Source: Eledone cirrhosa (lineage: Eukaryota). Taken from it: DNA of 64,000 bases. Location of the stretch: NCBI GenBank assembly GCA_964016885.1, contig OZ024743.1, forward strand, positions 171,492,001 through 171,556,000. The letters are read 5' to 3'. The translations under genes were made by a program, and so were the position numbers. Below, in pieces: positions 54,725 to 64,000 of this stretch (position 1 is the stretch's first letter; each line of letters opens with the position of its first letter). A model generated the notes under the pieces. That model was not told the origin of the DNA, made no database searches, and saw only the letters and a list, made by a program, of their open reading frames with translations.

Positions 54725-55255
54725 ATCCAGTTAGAGGTTGTGAATACTCCGTATTGTGGATAGAATTAGCGTACTGCGTTGTTTGACTCAACAAGAGGTT
54801 TCATTAGGTAGCGAGTTTGCGAGTTCTCGGGAATGCCTATGCAAGTTAATCTTGGAGTAATATTAGTGAAAGAATGAAGAATAGCATGGTTAGCAATACA
54901 AAAAGGGTTTTATTTAAAGTATTAACAATTGTTTCATTGATTAAGTTGTCTAAAAATTGCTAATCACTTGAAGTTGTGTCACTCAATTTTAAATACAATG
55001 TATGCTTAATCAACTCATCGGAAATACCGATTAAAATTATACACGGCGTTTGTAATATACTAGGAAAAAAACGCCGTGTATAATTTTAATTTTAATCAGA
55101 TTTTCCGATGATTTGATTAAGTATACATTGAATTTAAAATTGAGTGACACAACTTCAATGATTAGTAATTTGTAGACAACTTAATCAATGAAACAATTGT
55201 TAATACTGTAAATAAAGACCTTTTTGTACTGTTGACCATGTTATTCTTCACTCTT

Positions 55256-55324
<69 letters not shown>

Positions 55325-56686
55325 GACTGAAATTCACACCAACACCACAATACTTTTACCTCAATGAGATAAATGACGATATCTCACACTGCAGCAACTT
55401 TCCCATACCATGAACTACCGCAACTTAAACCCAAACCCAACACGAGTCGAAGGGAATGGGAGATTATCCATGAACTAAAAAACAATACTGACATTGTAAT
55501 TAAGGAAGCAGACAAGGGAAGTACTGTCGTCATTATGGATGCTGAACAATATAACGATTCTGTTCTCTCTCTTACAAGTTACTAACTACTATGAAAAAGT
55601 AAATAACTACCAGCAATCAAAAACGATGCCCAGATTAAACACTTTCATTTGTCGATAACAGGAAGACTTAACTAAAAAAGAACGCGATTATTTAACACAT
55701 TTTGAATACAAAACCATCAACCTTTACGGACTTCCGAAGATCTACAAGTGTAAAATAATTAACGATGCCTGTAAAGAATCCACCTCAACCTGTGTGAACA
55801 CACACAAAACGCAACTGACCTTAAATTAAGACCAATTGTAGCAGGCCTACAATGTGAAACACACAGACTAAGCAACTTTATAGACATACTACTAAAACCA
55901 ATTATTAAACACATACCTAGCCTTGAAAGAGACGATCTGGACCTCTCAAACCACCTCCCCAAACATGTCAACCATTATTGTCTTTCGATGTAGTGAATCT
56001 CTACACAATGATCCCACACCAATACGGACTAGAAGCAATAGGATTCTGGCTAGAGAAATATCCCAATAAGATACGTGACAGAATAGAAATAAGCTTCATT
56101 ACCGGGGGATTAAAATTTATTTTACAGAACAACTTTTTTGATTTCGATGGCAGTACTTACAAGCAAATATCGGGGACTGAGATGAGTATAAAGGTCGCTC
56201 CAACTTATGCCAACTTAGTCATGGCATACTTGGAAGTCCAGATATATGAACACTCCAAATAAAAATACGGATTGAACTTCCACAAATATTTATCAGAGAA
56301 TTGGAAACGCTACTTGGACGATTGTCTTATTCTTTGGTCTCACACACTCGACTAACTAAATGATTTCAAAAATTTAATTTAACTACATCAATAACGACAT
56401 ACAATTCACAATGGAATACAGCCAAGATCAACTCCCATTTCTGGACATCTTAATCATAAAAAGAGACACAAATATTGAAACTGACATACACTACCAACCA
56501 ACAGATTCCAAACAATACCTGCTATTCACCTCCAACCAACCAAAGAACACGAAAATAAACAGCCCTTTTAACCTAGCATGAAGAATTTGCACAATTGTCT
56601 CCAATTATGAAACGCGAAATAAAAGACTTCAATAATTAAAGGAAATTCTGCTCTAAAGACAGTACCCACCATTACTAATAAATAAT

Positions 56687-56863
56687 TGTTTCTACATTTG
56701 GCACAAGGCCAGCAATTACCCAGTGCATAACTGGTACTTTATTTTATCGACCCCGTAAGGCAAAGTTAACCTTGGCGGGATTTCAACTCAGAATGGCAAG
56801 GGCCGAAACTCTATGCATCAAAGCATGGCGTCCGACCCTCTACCGATACTGCCAATCCACCGC
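56687..56863 (-). mobile_element. SINE with 18-bp target-site duplication, nested in the PLE
   Basis: ccattactaataaataat at 56669-56686 and 56864-56881; head GGCGGTGGATTGGCAGTATCGG. Confidence 0.93.
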
Positions 56864-57557
56864 CCATTACTAATAAATAATGGAATAGAAAGGGCTAAAG
56901 CAATAGGCATTGATGAATTACGAAAACAGAAACAAATTCAAGGTACATCCAATATTCTACCATATATCTCAACACACAACCCAAGAAATGCGGAAGCTTA
57001 CAACATTATTCACAAGAACATCCCACTATTGAAACAAGAATGAAAAAGCCCTTGAAACACACAAATTATCAAAAGCAAAAGACAACTGAAATCACTAAAA
57101 ACATTACTCACCAATGCCAAATTTCCTACCACAAACCCACAACCAACTGTGGAACCTGCACTCACCTCATTTAAGGCAACATGTATACATTTCAATCAGG
57201 ACAAAATTTTGTTGTAAAAAATGACGTCACTTGCTCATCAAAAAATTTACTTCATGCCATTAAATGTAAAGGATGCAATGAAGATTATATAGGACAAACT
57301 AAACTCACACTCATAAACAGAATGACAATTCATCGCCAACAATTACGAGACCCTACCACAGGATATATACCACTCATCTAGACATATGCGCAAGTGATAA
57401 GACACCGAAATTCCAAGTCTTCCCATTTTATCTTTGCGCTGACAATACAACAGAACAAATACGAATAAATAAGGAAAATATGTTTATTCAAAAATATAGA
57501 CCAGCATTAAATATAGTTTAATATACATTATGTTAACACCATAACATGCAAACTATC

Positions 57558-57657
<100 letters not shown>

Positions 57658-58517
57658 TAACACCTTCTATATTCGAAAATAAAAACCAGAGGTAGATAAA
57701 TCTTAACATACGTTAATACTCTAACATCTTGACATGCTAAACATGCCCCCGCACACACATAACTCCTTCCTCCATTCCTAACGGAATCATGTTCCTACAC
57801 ACACACACACACAAATATATATTCTCTCCATCTTAGCATGCTAACCATACTCCCACACACACATATAACACTCATACACACACACACAACTCCCTCCCCC
57901 ATTTCTACTAATAGAATCATCTTCCTACACACACACACACCAGCACACAAATAAAAATACATATCTCTACTTTCAATAGAAAGTCTAAAGTTTGACACGC
58001 CAGCAAATCAGCCATACTCACTGAACCAGAACAATTCTCCCCATCCCATTTTTCTTGACCATTATCTTTTGTTTGACACAACATTCTCTAAATGACTACA
58101 AAGGAAATTCCCAAATACGGGTGCGAAATTAAATGTTCTTGTTCACGTGACAGTTATAATTTCATTTATAACCAATCAAATTACATTTATAAAAAAGCCT
58201 TGGTAAGCCACTTTTTTAAAGTAAAAAGTAATTCAAACACCCACTGGCACGAAAGTTGATGTGCTTATTCACGTGACTGCATCAACCAAATTTCACTCAA
58301 TAATGAAAAAACAATCTGAGACCCCCTTTTTTTAAAGGCAAATATAATAAGAACTTTGTAACTCGAACTAACGCGGAAATTATTATACTTATTCACACGA
58401 CAGTTATCAAAATGACTTTGCTAAAAACCTAGCATTTCCAGCCACCTTTTCCATATAAAACAAGTAACATTCAAATACCAACCAGATGCGAGAAAAACCA
58501 CAAATCGTCCATCTCAA

Positions 58518-58561
58518 TTCTACTTTTGAAAAGCACAAGAACTGCGAAACCGGTAAAGGAA
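58518..58561 (+). ncRNA. Minimal type I hammerhead, U3-A8 core
   Basis: ttc ta CTT-TTGAAAA-GCA caagaac TGC-GAAA-CCGG-TA-AAG gaa; palindromic ACCGGT stem III. Confidence 0.8.
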
Positions 58562-58686
58562 CCAAATAAATATATTTAAAAAAAAACAAACTCCAGTTGC
58601 ATTTTCGATTTCATTTTTTTTCCTTATAATTTCACTCGTGTAGGACATCTCGTTTTTTTTTTTCATTTTGTAGAAAAAAACCTCAC

Positions 58687-58717
<31 letters not shown>

Positions 58718-59009
58718 ATAAATGTTATAGTTTGCTAGAAGCATTGTATATCTATACTATAATAAAGGGAGGAGTGCGGGATAGCACGAATTTTATATTT
58801 TTTAACCCCGTTAGTAAAATAAGTTTGATTACTTTCAATAAATAATGAATGCATATTACATAATTTATGTACTAAATTTCGTAACTCATGATTATACATA
58901 AATAATTTTATTGCCTATTTCAAGATTCACTTCTTTTAAAAGATTTCAATTTAAATACATCCAGTATATCCCCACCATCACCACCATATATATATATATA
59001 AATATATAT

Positions 59010-59765
59010 ATATATAAGTAAGTATACGTACAGACATATTTGTATACAGACGTACAGTAGTATGTATATATATACATACATGCACGCATATATATATATA
59101 TGTACGTATGGATTTACCGAACATTTATTATAATGCTCGGTTTGTTTGTAAACAAACATCCCGAATTAAGCCGTACTGTGTTTAGCAACCATCGTTGTCC
59201 TTTTAGCAGAGAAGTATTTAGAAGTTGTAATGTTGCCACGAGGCAGAGAGATATGATAGGAATATCGACAACGACTTTTAGCTTGTTTTTACATTATTTA
59301 TTAACAAAGGTTGAGCTGGCATACCAAGAGAAATAAAACAAATCAATTAAGATTACAAGAGAAAGTACGGTCGACTGGCTGAGGCATTTGGCCTGGCCCG
59401 TAGTAATGTTTTGTCGTTACATATTGTTTGTGCTTGCGGAGCAAAAGAATAAGTGGTCTTTACCTTGGCGTCGGCAAGCTGCAAGAGTGAGATTCCTCAA
59501 ATCTTCGCGGGCTATTTCTCCCTCAGGACGCGTAGGGATACATCCTCTTCTCCTGGCGCTGATTGGCTGAGCTGAGCCAAATCACGCACAGAGAATGTAT
59601 GTGAGCCCGCGGAATGTAGGTCACTACACCCTTTTGTTCGAGCATTATAATAAATGTTCGGTAAATCCATACGTACATATATATATGTGTACATGTATGT
59701 ATATATATATACATGGTATTGTACGTCTGTATACATATATGTATGTACGTATACATACTTATATT
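59010..59765. repeat. Inverted repeat (perfect 41-bp core 59099-59139 / 59639-59679) around a ~500 bp unique spacer
   Basis: tatgtacgtatggatttaccgaacatttattataatgctcg and its reverse complement; related pieces at 54185-54350. Confidence 0.8.
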
Positions 59766-59901
59766 TAAGTAACAGCCGTACTAAGATTGAGAAATGAAAT
59801 TTCGTTTCATTTTTTCCATTTATATATATATATATATAAAGTATATCGCCAGGCCCAGGAATCGAATTTACGACCTCACGATTACGAATCCAATTCGCTA
59901 A

Positions 59902-60000
<99 letters not shown>

Positions 60001-60014
60001 GGTAGTTTTTTTAA

Positions 60015-61650
60015 AATAGATAACCGGATTGAAAGCCTAGCCAAATGTAAAGAATATATTACCCTTAAAAACCATGAATAGACTTTACTAATCGACCTAG
60101 CTGTAGACTGATTGAACCGGCTAAATCCGAAGTTGGCCTTGCAAGTAAAAAAATGTTAAGAAAAAGAATTCTCTAAGACTGACTTATCACAATGGTTAAA
60201 TACATCCTCTGTTATTTCTTGGTTTAATAATATATAAGGCAAAAATAAGTGTAGATTTACCCAATTTGATATTGTTGAATTTTACCCCTCTATTACTCTC
60301 TCCTTATTAACTAAAGCCTTAGATTTTGCAAAACCTTTCATTAATATTTCTAAATTAGATGAAGACATTATCTTTCAGGCTAGGAAAACCCTACTCTTTA
60401 CTAATGAAAGTATTTGGGTTAAAAAGTCAAGCCCTGAACACTCTTTTGATGTTGCGATGGGTTCATATGACAGTGCGGATGTGTGTGACTTAGTAGGATT
60501 ATTCCTTCTCCACACCCTTAAAGAGAAATTTCCTTCCCATAATATCGGTTTATACCGTGACGACGGATTGGCTGTTTCTCATACCACCAACGGCCATAAC
60601 CTTGATAAATTCCGTAAAGATTTAATCAATACTTTTGCTAACCTAAGCCTTAAAATTACTATAGATTCGAACCTTACCAATGCTAACTTTCTTGACATTA
60701 ATCTTGATCTACTTACTGCCTCTTTTAAACCTTATCATAAATCTAACGAGAATCTAAGATATATACACAAAGAGTCTTGCCATCCCCCTATAGTTTTTAA
60801 AAATCTTGTTCCCAATATTAGCCGTATGATTTTTACCTTATCTTCGTCTCTAGAGATTTTTAACAAAGCCGCTCCTTATTATAATATGGATCTCAATAAC
60901 AGTGGCTTTACAGAACATATTAAATATTTACCTACTCCTTCCCATAAAACTAATCACAATAATAGGAAAAGGAAAATTATTTGGTTTACACTCCCCTTCT
61001 CTCTAACTGTCAAGACTAATGTAGGAAGGAAATTCCTTGACCTCCTAGACAAACATTTTCCCCCTAATCATAGATATTATAAGATATTTAATAGAAATGT
61101 AGTTAAAATCAGTTACTCTTGCAGTCCATCAATGAAGTCTAAAATCACCAACTCTAATCGTACGAGAATAAATCCAGGATGCAGTTGCAGGAAGTAGGAT
61201 GAATGCACATTACAGGGAAAATATTATACCAAATCCGTTGTATATGAGGCCAAAGTGACACCGTTGATTAAAACCCAGCCAGCCAGGAGTGAACGATATG
61301 TTGGCATGACCTAGGACAGGTTCAAAACCAGGTTTTATGCACATGTCACTTCTTTTAAACACTCTGATAAAAGAACAGCAACGGCTCTCGGAAATAATTT
61401 GTGGGAATTCAAAAACAAAAACATCCCGTACTCTATCGATTGGTCTATTTTAGACCATTCGAGGGAATACCAAAGGCGCACAAAGAATTGTTCTTTGTGT
61501 ACCACTGAAAAATTTAGAATTCTACAAAATTTGAAAGCCACTTCCATTTGCCTTAACTCCAACACCGAGATCTTCAGATGTTGTCCTCACCTGAAATCAC
61601 ATCTGCTCTGTAACTGGATTGACATTCCTACGATAACTCAACCACCTTGA
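60015..61650 (+). mobile_element. PLE (YRDD-type RT + GIY-YIG), 5'-truncated
   Basis: ORF 60457-61197 MGSYDSADVCDLVG..GLYRDDGL..KTNVGRKFL..DKHFPPNH; VYEAKV..YVGMT; related to 9920-10990. Confidence 0.92.
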
Positions 61651-61854
61651 ACTTCTGCTTTGCTCTCTACGTCTTACATCCACTACGATTTTTATTACTC
61701 TCTGAACTCACTTTCTCTACCCTTATATTCGTTTTCTCAATTATCTCCTCTTATATTTAAACATTTTTCCTATGTTACTTATTTTTCTTAACCCCCTCCC
61801 TACTTTCTACCTTACCCTTTACATACCCACCTCTTTTTTATTTAGAGATATTTA

Positions 61855-61885
61855 TTTCTGTGTATGTGTATGTAATTGTGTATAA

Positions 61886-61952
<67 letters not shown>

Positions 61953-62087
61953 ATTATATATATGTGTGTATATATATATGTATATATATATTATGTGTGT
62001 GTGTGTTTATGTGTATGTGTGTTTTTATTTATGTGGTGATGTAACAATTTGTGTATATGGGTGTGTGTATATAAGTCTACGTATATG

Positions 62088-62166
<79 letters not shown>

Positions 62167-62412
62167 GTATATAGTTGTGTGTGTGTGTGTGTGTATATAT
62201 ATACATACACACACACACATACATTATTATATACAGAGTTATTAAATGTTTATTTTCATTGATTATTTGCTCCAGGAAACTGTTGAGTGCTCTAAATCAG
62301 CTATAAACATTTATACCTTTATTTTTTATTTTTCCTATTCTTAACTATTTGAATAGCCCTTCCACCTTTTTATTTTTATATTTATATATGTATATATGTA
62401 TATATATGTGTG

Positions 62413-62477
<65 letters not shown>

Positions 62478-62488
62478 GTATGTGTGTA

Positions 62489-62519
<31 letters not shown>

Positions 62520-62862
62520 GTATGTGCGTGCGTATGTATGTGTACGTACTTATGCGTATGTGTGTATGTATATCTTAATCTATTGTTTTTTATATTTAGG
62601 TTTTTTATATATATGTTTTTTATATATGAGTAACTTTATATATATATATGTGTGTATGTCGTTGTATGTATTTTTTCTCATGTATATGTGTACGTGAATG
62701 TATTTATATGTTTTTCGATATATGTATATTCACATACATTTATATATATGTTCCTATTCGTGATTGTGAGTATATGCATGCGTATCAATGTGTATGAACG
62801 TGAATATGTATATGTGTGTGTATGTTTTTTATATATATGTATGTGTATGTATATATGTATGA

Positions 62863-62910
<48 letters not shown>

Positions 62911-63072
62911 GTATGTATATACATGTATATATTTATGTGTGCGTGTATATGTATTTGTATGTATACACTTTTCTGTGTATATGTTTGTACTGTGTATAAT
63001 TATGTGTGTGTATTTTTCTGTGTATGTGTATATATATATGTGTATGTGTATGCATGTATATATATATATATA

Positions 63073-63150
<78 letters not shown>
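61855..63150. repeat. Compound (AT)n/(GT)n microsatellite region
   Basis: Low-complexity alternating purine-pyrimidine tracts. Confidence 0.93.
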
Positions 63151-63153
<3 letters not shown>

Positions 63154-64000
63154 TTAGTTATACTATTTATGGTTATGTAAATACAAAACCTTAAGCAGTT
63201 GTAAGTATTTTACACACACCCTAAATAGTGGTAGGCAGTAATGTATTACTACCTTATTACCAGTAAGTTAAGTAGCTCAATGTAAAAACATCAGATGTAC
63301 ACAGGTACACCATACTCGAATCCATGCATCTATTCCGTAGTGGGCACTTATCCGGTAGGTGGCAATTACAATTTGAGGTTTTTCTGTGTGCAGGTCCTCC
63401 GTTGAGCATGCGTATCAATGAGTATGAATGTGAATATGTATATGTGTGTATATGTGTGTGTATGTTTTTTATATATATGTGTGTGTATGTATATGTATAT
63501 ATGTATGTGTGTATATATATATAAATATATACGATATTAAATAAATGGAAACTATATTTATAAAACCATATCTATTTCATTATATATATTTCAGGGATAT
63601 CATATTAACAATATGCTATGCCTTCCTCAGACAAAATACAATATAAACAGTTTTATAGATAAATAGATTTGACATACCGTACAACATCGACTTGTATTTG
63701 AAAAGTTGAATTGGCAGTGAAAAAATTGTACACAATATATTAATATTAATATATTGAAATCTGCTCTCTATTTCTGCTTGATAGATAATCTTGTAGAGTA
63801 AAGACAAGAATAGTAGTAATATAGACTCTATATATATATGTGTGTATATATATACACATATATGTATACTTAAATTTTTATAGCACAATGAGAATGTTTT
63901 CCGTGAACTTAGGGTTTGCAGAGTTGATCATGTAAATTCACATAGATGTTTGTACTTATCACATAAACATATGAATTTTTTTTTTTAAACTAAACATAAG

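Noticed and set aside
56578-56580. TGA shared by both Neptune-like copies (NLA*RICTIVS) as possible recoding
   Set aside because: It falls at an expected Arg (CGA to TGA decay), and the copies are duplicates sharing other stops.
63616-63888. Candidate upstream aminopeptidase exon
   Set aside because: No M1 peptidase-like motif or convincing splice-site pair found.

Overview
AT-rich, microsatellite-dense animal genomic DNA; the SINE family and repeat landscape suggest an octopus/coleoid cephalopod (inference). The only supportable host gene is three phase-compatible exons of an M1-family aminopeptidase (aminopeptidase N / glutamyl aminopeptidase-like) on the minus strand (38925-39094, 24144-24226, 21278-21402), so most or all of the window is probably intron. 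The rest is dominated by decayed Penelope-like retroelements (PLEs; RT + GIY-YIG) of at least three sequence types, plus tRNA-derived SINEs, mariner, RTE and CRE-like fragments, and a local duplication. Most ORFs in the track are (AT)n/(GT)n artefacts. The main hidden signal is RNA structure: about 15 families (about 30 copies) of type I hammerhead ribozyme motifs, found by eye. They include U3-A8 compensatory cores, U4C/U4A cores and 60-125 nt stem II insertions, and most sit in inverted-repeat pairs. There are also two non-coding retrozyme-like units (~320 and ~509 nt) and an unidentified repeated motif with covarying pseudoknot-like pairings. Coordinates were counted by hand and repeat boundaries are approximate; no ribozyme activity is demonstrated.
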